Origin: Candidatus Microgenomates bacterium
GTDB lineage: Bacteria; Patescibacteriota; Microgenomatia; UBA8517; JACQJR01
Reading direction: 5' to 3'
Assembly (NCBI GenBank): GCA_016204995.1
Contig: JACQJR010000001.1
Coordinates: 92,548 to 156,547 of the forward strand
DNA: 64,000 bases
Part shown: in pieces, positions 36,145 through 44,601 of the stretch
Layout: each line of letters starts with the position of its first letter
Position numbering within the stretch: position 1 is the first letter of the stretch
The notes under the pieces: generated by a model
Databases searched by the model: none
What the model saw: only the letters and a program-made list of their open reading frames with translations
Told to the model about the DNA's origin: nothing
Program-made: the position numbers and the translations under genes

Positions 36145-37292
36145 TTAACAACCTTTTCCAAAACTCCTAAAGTTTGGTGGGCGGTTTTTTGCCAGTCAAA
36201 CATTTTAACCCTTACCAAACCCTTTTTAGAAAGTTTCTTGTGATTTTTCAGAGCTTTTTCTATCCCTTTGGCAATATCTTCTGGCATATTTGGATCTACC
36301 AGAATATCGGCATTACCCACTACCTCGGGCAAACTACCCACATTAGAAGCTACCACCGGCGTACCCACTGCCATAGCTTCTACCGCCGGAATACCAAACC
36401 CTTCCCAAAAACTCGGCAAAACAAAAACTTTAGCACCAGACAGTAATGATGGCACATCTTCATCGGCAACAAAATCAGTAAAAATTACTTTTTCCTCTAA
36501 ACCTAATTCCTTAACAAGGCTAAAAATTGAATCGTATAGCCATCCTCGTTTTCCGGCAATCACTAAAGAGAGGTCATTGGGCTCTTGGGTCATTGGGCTC
36601 TTGGGTTTATTATTCCTAGAAGCCAAAGAGCCTAACAGCCTAAAAGCCTGAATAAGTCCTTCCACATTCTTACTTGGTTTAAGAGTCCCCAAAAACAAAA
36701 TATAATCACCATCAATTTTATATTTTTCTTTTACTTGTTTTAATTGGAAATTGGAAATTGGAAATTGGAAATTCTTCCTATCATAGCCTGGATATGTTAC
36801 TGTAATCTTTTTATCTGGAACACCATAAGACTTTACTATATCTTTCTTTGTGCTTTCAGAAATAGCCAAGATATGATTAGCGTTTTTAATGGAATGGCCA
36901 GTCCAACGAGACAGCTGTAACCAATCCCTTTTAGTAAATTGTTCAGGATATCGCAAATATCCTAAATCCATAATGGAGACGACTGTGGGAATAGGCGACC
37001 AGCGGGGCCGATAATGCCCGGGTGTAAAAAAGATATCAAGGTGTTTACCGAAAAATAGAGAAAAGGGGAGGGCCAACTGCGTCCAAAAATACTTGGGGCC
37101 AAAAACTTTATATTCCCAACCCTCGCGTCTTTTTGGCATATCGGGCAGGGGATTACTCCGCAGATAAATTATGAACTGATGCTCCTGGCTCTCTGGTAAA
37201 TCATACAGTGCCAGAAGTAATTCAAAAGCGTATTGGTTAGCCCCTACCCGATTTTTAACATTGGCCTCATTTCCGTCTATACCAATTATCAT
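36132..37292 (-). CDS. Glycosyltransferase family 4 (GT-B)
   Basis: C-terminal EGFGIPAVEAMAVGTPVVASNVGSLPEVVG. Contains two in-frame repeat insertions: a (GGAAATT)x4 tandem at 36744-36773 (NFQFPISNFQ) and the GGCTCTTGGG...CCAAAGAGCC hairpin element at 36591-36650. Confidence 0.85.
   Translation of the reverse strand: MIIGIDGNEANVKNRVGANQYAFELLLALYDLPESQEHQFIIYLRSNPLPDMPKRREGWEYKVFGPKYFWTQLALPFSLFFGKHLDIFFTPGHYRPRWSPIPTVVSIMDLGYLRYPEQFTKRDWLQLSRWTGHSIKNANHILAISESTKKDIVKSYGVPDKKITVTYPGYDRKNFQFPISNFQLKQVKEKYKIDGDYILFLGTLKPSKNVEGLIQAFRLLGSLASRNNKPKSPMTQEPNDLSLVIAGKRGWLYDSIFSLVKELGLEEKVIFTDFVADEDVPSLLSGAKVFVLPSFWEGFGIPAVEAMAVGTPVVASNVGSLPEVVGNADILVDPNMPEDIAKGIEKALKNHKKLSKKGLVRVKMFDWQKTAHQTLGVLEKVVNPDV
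36591..36650. repeat. Hairpin repeat element GGGCTCTTGGG...CCAAAGAGCC-TAACAGCC, in-frame inside the GT4 gene (related to the element at 209-258)
   Basis: gggctcttgggtcattgggctcttgggtttattattcctagaagccaaagagcctaacagcc. Compare ggctcttaggtaacccaagagcctaactgcccaattgcctaacagcc at 209-258. Confidence 0.55.
36744..36773. repeat. Perfect tandem repeat (GGAAATT)x4 in-frame in the GT4 gene
   Basis: ttggaaattggaaattggaaattggaaatt. Confidence 0.7.
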
Positions 37293-38401
37293 TTCCTCAC
37301 TACCTCCTCATAAACATTTAAAGTTTCCCTGGCAGCTTTTTCCCAGGAGAATTGTTTAACTCGCATTAGACCTTTCTTAATTAAATCCTTTCTTTTATCA
37401 AGCGCTTCTTCTATGCCTTTTTCTATATCGTCTATTTCATATGGGTTTACTAAAACCGCCGCGTTTTTGGCTATTTCTGCCATACTGGAAAGATTAGAAG
37501 TTACTACTGGTACCTCACAAGTAAAAGCATCTAGAATCGGTAAACCAAAACCTTCATAGAGTGAAGCATAAACCAAAGCGCTGGCTCCTGATAAAATGGT
37601 AGAAAATTCCCGATCGTCACCAATATGTCCCAAATGAATTACTTTTCCTTGCCCTGTGGAAGTAGATCTCACCGCTTTAGCCCATCTTCTCCCAACTACC
37701 ACTAATGGGGGACCATCTTTAATTTTGGCAACTGCTTGAATAATTCTATCAATATTTTTCCGCGGATTAACTCCCACCGTCAGTAGATATTCCTTAGGAA
37801 GCTGGTATTTTTTTTTCAATTCCCCTATTGCTACCTCCCCCATCTTTTTCACGCTACTATCAGACGCTTCATAAACAACCGCTATTTTCTGCTCAGGAAT
37901 TCCCAGATGCTCAATAATATCTTTTTTTGTAGCCTCTGAAACCGCGATTATCATATCTGCTTCTTTTTTCACCCATGTTAATCGCCTTTGGTGTGCTGCC
38001 ACAATTTTAGGATGGGAACTGTCGGGAAATAAAATCGGTACTAAATCATGAATAGTGGTGACGAGTGTTGCCTCTCTGGCCGGCGGCTGAGTCCAATCAG
38101 AAGCATGAAAAACATCAATCTTACCTACAAAATTCTCTATAGGAAATTTATGCAATCTATTCCATAAAAAATCTGCCATGGTGGGCGAAAGAGGAAAAAC
38201 TTTTAAAGTACTTTTAGCAGGATGGTATTTTTGCAGCTCCCCTATTTTACGTAGAGAACCGCCAAAAAGCACATACTCATTCTTTTGATCAATTTCCAAA
38301 AGGGCATCTACTAAATTTTTAGTGTATTTAGAAACACCGGTGCCATAAACAATCTGCGATATATCAATACCTATTTTCATATTTCCATACCCCCACTCCA
38401 T
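37289..38401 (-). CDS. Glycosyltransferase family 4 (GT-B)
   Basis: EGFGLPILDAFTCEVPVVTSNLSSMAEIA. True start probably the internal Met MKIGIDIS (~38380). Confidence 0.85.
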   Translation of the reverse strand: MEWGYGNMKIGIDISQIVYGTGVSKYTKNLVDALLEIDQKNEYVLFGGSLRKIGELQKYHPAKSTLKVFPLSPTMADFLWNRLHKFPIENFVGKIDVFHASDWTQPPAREATLVTTIHDLVPILFPDSSHPKIVAAHQRRLTWVKKEADMIIAVSEATKKDIIEHLGIPEQKIAVVYEASDSSVKKMGEVAIGELKKKYQLPKEYLLTVGVNPRKNIDRIIQAVAKIKDGPPLVVVGRRWAKAVRSTSTGQGKVIHLGHIGDDREFSTILSGASALVYASLYEGFGLPILDAFTCEVPVVTSNLSSMAEIAKNAAVLVNPYEIDDIEKGIEEALDKRKDLIKKGLMRVKQFSWEKAARETLNVYEEVVRK

Positions 38402-39722
38402 TAAAGTCCCATTCTACCGTTTTTTCAAAGCCTATATTTTCTAACTTATATCTCACTTCATCTTGGGGATCAAAAATGGGCTGAGCATAACGCATCAGAT
38501 AAATAACATTAAACTTATTTTTTGATATGTCTTCTATTTTGACATCTGGCACAAATTTAGCATAATAGTGATATGCTTCTCTTTGCCCATTACCGATAAA
38601 CAAAGTAGCGGCAGTTTTTTGACGAGCGTTTTCTTCAATCCAAATCACGGCTTTGCGCCAGTCCTCCCGATGAAAACGGGGATTAAAAAGATAAATAGAA
38701 GAGGCAATAATATTTACTATTAATATACCGCCTATTACTATTAATTTTAAGACTTTTTGATTAATTGATATACCTCCATAAGCCACCAGCAGATAAAAAG
38801 CTGGTAAAATAAAAATTAATCTAAAGTAGGAAAAACCAGAAAATATGGTGCCAAATAAGGATGATAAAATTAATGGTCCGGCCAACCACCACCAAAGTAA
38901 TTTAGTCTTGGAAAATTGCGATAAACTTTCTATTAGGGTTATAAAAAATGGTACAGCAGCTACTGCCACGATACTACCATAAAATATTTTGTTGTAGGAA
39001 GAAATCCGGCCAATTATAAATTTAACTGGTACTAAAGCCAACTCTTTTAAATCAGTTCTGCCCAAAGTTTGCCACCAAAGCGGCGCATTTTGGCGCACCC
39101 CAACTCCACTTTGTATTTGAGTTAATAAAGTAGGAATCCAAGGAAGAAAAATAACTCCTGTAGCAATAATCCATCCAAAAACATACACAATATACTTTTT
39201 TTCATAAATAATTAGATAAACCACTAAACTTGCTAACAAAAATACCGGTAAATAATCTGTATATAGAAGAGCTGCGCTAAAAATAGTCAGCCATAAAAAT
39301 TTCTTGGTAATCACAAAATAGACAACAATCGTCGCCAAAAGCGTTTCCATTGAATACATTCTGGCTTCTTGAGAATAATAGAGGTGAAGAGGGGCCGTTG
39401 CTAAAAATAAGGCAGACACTAAACCAATATTTTTGTTAAACAGCTTTTTACCAATTAAAAAGACTATATAAATAGTAGATATCCCTAAAACTACCGATAA
39501 ACTTCGTGCTGCTACCTCGCTTGATCCAAGCATCATCATCCATACTTTTAGCATAAGGTAGTAAAGGGGTGGGTGGAAATCTCCCGGAGAAAATTTAGTT
39601 AAGATATCAGAAAAAGTTAGATCACGAGCCGTTAAAATACTGGTAGCCTCATCCAGCCATAAAGATTGGTTAAGGGAAACAAATCTAAGTATAAGACCAA
39701 GTATAAGTATCAGAAAAATCAT
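38364..39722 (-). CDS. GT-C-type integral-membrane glycosyltransferase (ArnT/PMT_2-like)
   Basis: ILRFVSLNQSLWLDEATSILTARDL is the first-loop acidic motif typical of ArnT-like enzymes. About 11 TM helices and a C-terminal soluble domain. Confidence 0.65.
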   Translation of the reverse strand: MIFLILILGLILRFVSLNQSLWLDEATSILTARDLTFSDILTKFSPGDFHPPLYYLMLKVWMMMLGSSEVAARSLSVVLGISTIYIVFLIGKKLFNKNIGLVSALFLATAPLHLYYSQEARMYSMETLLATIVVYFVITKKFLWLTIFSAALLYTDYLPVFLLASLVVYLIIYEKKYIVYVFGWIIATGVIFLPWIPTLLTQIQSGVGVRQNAPLWWQTLGRTDLKELALVPVKFIIGRISSYNKIFYGSIVAVAAVPFFITLIESLSQFSKTKLLWWWLAGPLILSSLFGTIFSGFSYFRLIFILPAFYLLVAYGGISINQKVLKLIVIGGILIVNIIASSIYLFNPRFHREDWRKAVIWIEENARQKTAATLFIGNGQREAYHYYAKFVPDVKIEDISKNKFNVIYLMRYAQPIFDPQDEVRYKLENIGFEKTVEWDFNGVGVWKYENRY

Positions 39723-40534
39723 TTAGCTCCTTTTCCAGTTAACAAATATTCTAAAATTCCCACAAAAACTCCTAAGTCATAAACAAGCTTAAAAATTAAA
39801 AATTGTGGTTTTAAATAAATGAAAGATTTAACTAAACCTACTATTAGGGATATAGGTAGTAAAATTCTAATCAACCCCACTAATATTCCTAATATCCCCA
39901 GTTTATAACGCCGTTTGGCCGTCCACTTTGCTTGCAAAAAAACTTCTGTCAAGTTTTCTGGATTTTTATGATAGAATTTGGCACCTTCTGCCGCTACTGC
40001 TTCATATCCCAATTTCTGGCTTAAACTCCAATCGTCAGTGTAATGTCCGCCTTTTTCAAATCCCCCTACCAGATTAAATTCACTGGCCAGAATTGCCCGA
40101 AAAACTTTTTGTTTGTCCGGATAATTTTTAGGGTGTCTTTTTCCTTTTTCCCAGCCTTCGTTAATACCCCAACATTCTGACCAGATATTTTCTGGATTTA
40201 CTACATACTCTTCGCGACTCCAAGTCCCTTTGGTTTTTCCCTGTAGAATGGGTTCCACTAGCTTTTTAATAAAGTCTTTATCAAAAGTCATATCCGCATC
40301 CACAAATACCAAAATCTCACCTTTTGCTTTACTTGCCCCCAAATTCCTCGCCTCTCCTGGACCTTTATGCTCTTTTCTTAAAATTTGACATTTCTTGATT
40401 GTGTTATCAGTAGACCCATCATCCACCACTATCACTTCCATGTTCTTATAACTCTGCTGGGCAAGTGAAGATAAACACTCTCCTATTACCTTTTCCTCAT
40501 TAAAAACCGGAATAATAATAGTTACTTTTTCCAT
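39719..40534 (-). CDS. Glycosyltransferase family 2 with C-terminal TM helices
   Basis: VTIIIPVFNEEKVIGECLSSLAQQSY...VIVVDDGSTDNT. Start placed at the internal Met MEKVTIII (40534); the 40654 start in the track would overlap the upstream GT4 by 92 nt. Confidence 0.75.
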   Translation of the reverse strand: MEKVTIIIPVFNEEKVIGECLSSLAQQSYKNMEVIVVDDGSTDNTIKKCQILRKEHKGPGEARNLGASKAKGEILVFVDADMTFDKDFIKKLVEPILQGKTKGTWSREEYVVNPENIWSECWGINEGWEKGKRHPKNYPDKQKVFRAILASEFNLVGGFEKGGHYTDDWSLSQKLGYEAVAAEGAKFYHKNPENLTEVFLQAKWTAKRRYKLGILGILVGLIRILLPISLIVGLVKSFIYLKPQFLIFKLVYDLGVFVGILEYLLTGKGAK

Positions 40535-40562
40535 CTTGAATGAAATGAAAGATAGTCCACGT

Positions 40563-41504
40563 CTATAGCTCTTTAAATAAATTTTCGTATTGTTCTGCAA
40601 TCTTATCCCAGGAAAATTTTTCCGCTTGTTTGCGAGGTTTATTCTTCCAATCAATTTTTAAAGCTTCATCAATGGCAGTAGCATATTTTTCTAAATCTGA
40701 CACATCGGTTAAAATACCAGCTTGTCCAATAATTTCCCTCCGGGATTGATCATCGGGTGCCACCACAACCAGCCCACAAGCCATAGCTTCTACATAAACA
40801 ATGCCGAAAGATTCTCTATCCCAAGAAGGCAAAACAAATAAATCGCAAGAACGGTAATATTTTGGCAAATCTTTATAACCAGCCTGAATTATTTGAAACC
40901 TGTCTTCACCTAAAAGCTGCATACCCATCTTTTGTAATTTATCTTCCTCTGATCCTGCACCAATAATTAAAAGTGAACCTTTGTTAAATTCTGCCATTGC
41001 CCGTATCGTCCTCTCATGATGTTTGTACCATTCTAAAGCCCCTACGCTAAGGATAATAGGTTTAGGTAAATTAATTTTTACCTTCTGGCTAGTGGTAGAG
41101 AATTTTTCTAAATCAACGCCGTTATTAATTTTTACAATCCTTGTTTTCCACGCCCATTTTTGAGCCCAATGTTTTTCAAAATCAGTTAAAGCTACATAGA
41201 CATCAGGCGCAGTTAGGAAAATATTCCAAATATCATCCTTACCTACTCCGGCCTGACCGGAAATAATAATTTTATAACCACCAGATATTCTCCCTATGCT
41301 TGCTTTCAAAGCTTGTAATCTACCATTGGTAGGAATAACCAAATCATATTTTCCTTTTATTATCCGGCTAAAAGAATCTGCGTCCTGGCCACTTAAAACT
41401 TCTACTTCATGATTCTGGTTAAGTCTAGCCGAAAGCTCTGCCACATAAGTTTCTACCCCCCTATTAACTTTATTTTGATAGCGTGATAAAAAGGCAATTC
41501 TCAT
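40563..41504 (-). CDS. Glycosyltransferase family 4 (GT-B)
   Basis: MRIAFLSRYQNKVNRGVETYVAEL...FGIVYVEAMACGLVVVAPDD. Confidence 0.85.
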   Translation of the reverse strand: MRIAFLSRYQNKVNRGVETYVAELSARLNQNHEVEVLSGQDADSFSRIIKGKYDLVIPTNGRLQALKASIGRISGGYKIIISGQAGVGKDDIWNIFLTAPDVYVALTDFEKHWAQKWAWKTRIVKINNGVDLEKFSTTSQKVKINLPKPIILSVGALEWYKHHERTIRAMAEFNKGSLLIIGAGSEEDKLQKMGMQLLGEDRFQIIQAGYKDLPKYYRSCDLFVLPSWDRESFGIVYVEAMACGLVVVAPDDQSRREIIGQAGILTDVSDLEKYATAIDEALKIDWKNKPRKQAEKFSWDKIAEQYENLFKEL

Positions 41505-41517
41505 CCTTCGACTCCCT

Positions 41518-42951
41518 TCATTCGCTCAGGACAGGTTTTTTCTCCCACAACCATATCCCTGGCGTAACTTCCTCTATCTTAGTATAGTTGTCTTTGATCC
41601 ACTTCACAATTTTCTGCGGTTGGTAGGTTCCCAAATCAAACCAATTACCTTGCGAGGGAATGCGCCAGAAAATAAATTGAGGTAGACCTGCCTGCGCAGG
41701 CAAGTTTTCCTCCCAACGGCTGATAATTTCTCTTTGCACACCCGGAATTTCCAGATACCAGCCAAAATTATCTGTCCAGCGTTTAGGAGGTAACCGATTA
41801 GACATGACATAGAGATTAGCCGGCAGCCCTAAAAGGAAGACTTTTTCTGCTGGTGCGACTCTTTGGGAGATTAAATCGGCCAGTGCTAACTCATCTCTGC
41901 CATAAAAACGAGCTTCTTTACCCCATTCCAAAGTAATCACTGAACGGTGAACAAAAAATAACAATAAGGCACTAGGCACTAGAAAATAGGCAATAGTAGA
42001 AGAGGAAATTTTGATCTTTGACAACAAAATACCATATAAAATTACTAAAAATGCCAAAGCAATTTGAAAATGAAAAAAAGAAAAGCGGGGATAGATAGCA
42101 ATCAGGCTGGCCAGAAAAAATAATAAAATTAATTGACTGTCTTTATCTTTTAAGATCTTTCTTCGCCGCCACAAGAAAGCCAGAGGGAAAAATAGAATAC
42201 CCAAAACAATTAACTCTCTTTTGGAAGAAATAGACTGTAAATATCCAGGAAATTTACCAAACCAAAGAAGAGGATAAATAATCACCCAATTTATAAAGTC
42301 TCCTAAAGCTCCTTCTTGGATCAGACGAATTAGTAATGGTATTCCAAAGATTAAGAGTCCAATTAGAAAAGATTTTGGGCCAGAGGCCCATCCGCCTTTG
42401 GCGGACAATTGATTAAAACTTTTCCTTTTGATAAATATTAAATACAAAAAGGCCAAGATAAAAAATATTATCGCTGTTTGTTTAATAAAAATCGCTACCG
42501 ACAGAGCAAGGCCTGCCAGAAAAATATTGCCCCGTAAGATAAATAAGGTACCCAATAAAATCGGGGGGATGATTGCCAAGTCAAACCATAGCATATTCCC
42601 ATCTAAAAATGGCTGCAGCAATATATAAATAAATAAAGTTAAAATAGCTACTATATTATTGTGTGTTAATTGCTTCGTAATTAAAAAAATCAAAATATCG
42701 CTTGTTAAAATTACGGCCCATGCCAGCATCTTTAAAACCCATAGCTCGTGACCTAAGATATAATAAAACCATGATAAAACCATTGTCAGTAGGGGTGGGT
42801 AAGGATGAATCATATCCTTGTAAATCAGAAATTGTGACTCGCGTAAATAAGGATAAGCCAACATTTCCGGCCAAGCAGTAAATTGCAGATTAATTAAGAA
42901 AAAAAGGTGAATCCCTAGAAGAATTACTATCCAAAACCAAAATTTATTCAT
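41518..42951 (-). CDS. Polytopic membrane protein, possibly another GT-C-type transferase (hypothetical)
   Basis: At least 12 TM helices and no soluble catalytic domain. Contains an in-frame palindrome variant (ENLPAQAGLPQF). Confidence 0.45.
   Translation of the reverse strand: MNKFWFWIVILLGIHLFFLINLQFTAWPEMLAYPYLRESQFLIYKDMIHPYPPLLTMVLSWFYYILGHELWVLKMLAWAVILTSDILIFLITKQLTHNNIVAILTLFIYILLQPFLDGNMLWFDLAIIPPILLGTLFILRGNIFLAGLALSVAIFIKQTAIIFFILAFLYLIFIKRKSFNQLSAKGGWASGPKSFLIGLLIFGIPLLIRLIQEGALGDFINWVIIYPLLWFGKFPGYLQSISSKRELIVLGILFFPLAFLWRRRKILKDKDSQLILLFFLASLIAIYPRFSFFHFQIALAFLVILYGILLSKIKISSSTIAYFLVPSALLLFFVHRSVITLEWGKEARFYGRDELALADLISQRVAPAEKVFLLGLPANLYVMSNRLPPKRWTDNFGWYLEIPGVQREIISRWEENLPAQAGLPQFIFWRIPSQGNWFDLGTYQPQKIVKWIKDNYTKIEEVTPGIWLWEKKPVLSE
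41687..41704. repeat. 18-bp palindrome variant CCTGCCTGCGCAGGCAAG (one mismatch), in-frame in the membrane protein gene
   Basis: Read from the sequence. Confidence 0.7.
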
Positions 42952-43783
42952 GAACTTTTTCCGCCACCACCGTTAATCCGCTACCAGCTCCCATTTTACT
43001 GGAGATTAATGAAGGGATTAAAGTTATGATATTCACAAAAAACCTTTTTTTGAAAGTAGTTAAGCTTTCCCATAATTCTTGCAGAGGATTGCCATAATCC
43101 CAAATACCAGAATGAGTTTCCCAATACAAAACCTTAAAACCAGCTTTTTGCAAAAGCATAAAAAGAGCAGTAGGGGTAAAATGCCACAAATGCTCTTTTG
43201 GTAAAATATAACGCCATGTTTCTCTCTCAACTCTTGCAGAAAAAGAAGCAAAATTAGGCACATCAATAAAAACTAAGCCTTTTTTTCGCAAAACCTTATT
43301 GGTTTTTTGAAGAGTTTTAACAGGATCTGTCAGATGCTCTAAAACATGATTAAAAATTACTAAATCAAAACTGCGCGGCGGCAGTTTGGCATTTTCAAAA
43401 GTGGTATTCAAAGTAGCAATCCCTTTCTCGCGAGCGTTGCTGGCGGCAGTGTGCGAAGGTTCTATACCTAATACTTCCCAGCCACTCTCCTTTAAGAGCG
43501 ATAAGATCAGGCCTGTGGAGGAACCAACTTCCAAAGCTTTGCCGTTATAATTGGCATCGCGAAATTCAGATAAAATCTGCATTCTTTTAGAGAAAATATT
43601 CCTAAATTGTTTTTGGGAAGTAAGATAAACGGGATCGCGATGATAAGTTTGATAATTTTCTTGTCTAACTGATTGGGTCACTCCTAAGCCGCATTTTAAG
43701 CATTTAAAAATTGAAGCGCCCTTATTTTTGCCTAGAAGTGTTAATTTTCTACCGCAAGCCAAACAATTTTGTTCTTTTTTCAT
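42944..43783 (-). CDS. Class I SAM-dependent methyltransferase with N-terminal Zn-ribbon
   Basis: CLACGRK...CLKCG zinc ribbon, followed by a LEVGSSTGLILSLL glycine-rich SAM motif. Confidence 0.8.
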   Translation of the reverse strand: MKKEQNCLACGRKLTLLGKNKGASIFKCLKCGLGVTQSVRQENYQTYHRDPVYLTSQKQFRNIFSKRMQILSEFRDANYNGKALEVGSSTGLILSLLKESGWEVLGIEPSHTAASNAREKGIATLNTTFENAKLPPRSFDLVIFNHVLEHLTDPVKTLQKTNKVLRKKGLVFIDVPNFASFSARVERETWRYILPKEHLWHFTPTALFMLLQKAGFKVLYWETHSGIWDYGNPLQELWESLTTFKKRFFVNIITLIPSLISSKMGAGSGLTVVAEKVHE

Positions 43784-44601
43784 ATTAATCGCCTCTTAAT
43801 TTTTTTCAAGGGTGTCTGCCATAAGGCTTTGGCTTTATAAGATAAATCCATTTTTGGCCAGGGTGAAGAAACTATAGCGGGTCTCGCCTTAAATAACACT
43901 TCTGGATAATAAAAATCTCGCGGGAACTCTATTCCTATTTCATATTTTAATTTATGAGCTCTTTTGGGGACTAATATATCTCCAGTCCGAGCTAGTGAAC
44001 GAGGCAAATGAGTAGCATGTAAATACGGTGCATCCACAAAAAATACTTTTTGCGGGTCTCTATATTGGATCATTTTGTCCTCCTCGTCTACCCACCCCCA
44101 ACTACCATGTGGTTTATCTGACTTTAAACCAGGAATATGACGATTTACCCCTCGCAAGTTGAGGTGACCATTTCTACCGGCTAAATGATATCTGCCCGCC
44201 TTTTCTTCTTGATAATGATAAATGTCTCCTAATAAATTAATAGTTGGCACCACCACTGATTCAATAGTACTATCTTTGTTATTAATAGCATCCACCACTT
44301 TCTTAATTGAATCATTCCACCAAATTTCATCCCCATCAACTACAATAAACCAATCAGTATTCGTTGCTTCCAGCATTTCCTGTCTGATTTTCATAAAACC
44401 AGCTGGATCAACTTCGCCTACTTCTTTAAAATCAATTTTAGTTGGTCCTGCTCTTTTAATTGTTTTTATAATCTCTGGAGTTTGATCAGAGCTACCTGTA
44501 TCCCATAATAATACCTTATCAACATAGTCTATGACCGACATTACTGCAAACCAGACGAAACGGGCTTCATTCTTAACTAAACAATGGGCTGTAATAGTCA
44601 T
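43780..44601 (-). CDS. GT2-like (GT-A fold) glycosyltransferase
   Basis: TAHCLVKNEARFVWFAVMSVIDYVDKVLLWDTGSSDQT and DxD-like VVDGDE. Start placed at the internal Met MTITAH (44601) to avoid a 79-nt overlap with the flippase gene. Confidence 0.5.
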   Translation of the reverse strand: MTITAHCLVKNEARFVWFAVMSVIDYVDKVLLWDTGSSDQTPEIIKTIKRAGPTKIDFKEVGEVDPAGFMKIRQEMLEATNTDWFIVVDGDEIWWNDSIKKVVDAINNKDSTIESVVVPTINLLGDIYHYQEEKAGRYHLAGRNGHLNLRGVNRHIPGLKSDKPHGSWGWVDEEDKMIQYRDPQKVFFVDAPYLHATHLPRSLARTGDILVPKRAHKLKYEIGIEFPRDFYYPEVLFKARPAIVSSPWPKMDLSYKAKALWQTPLKKIKRRLI

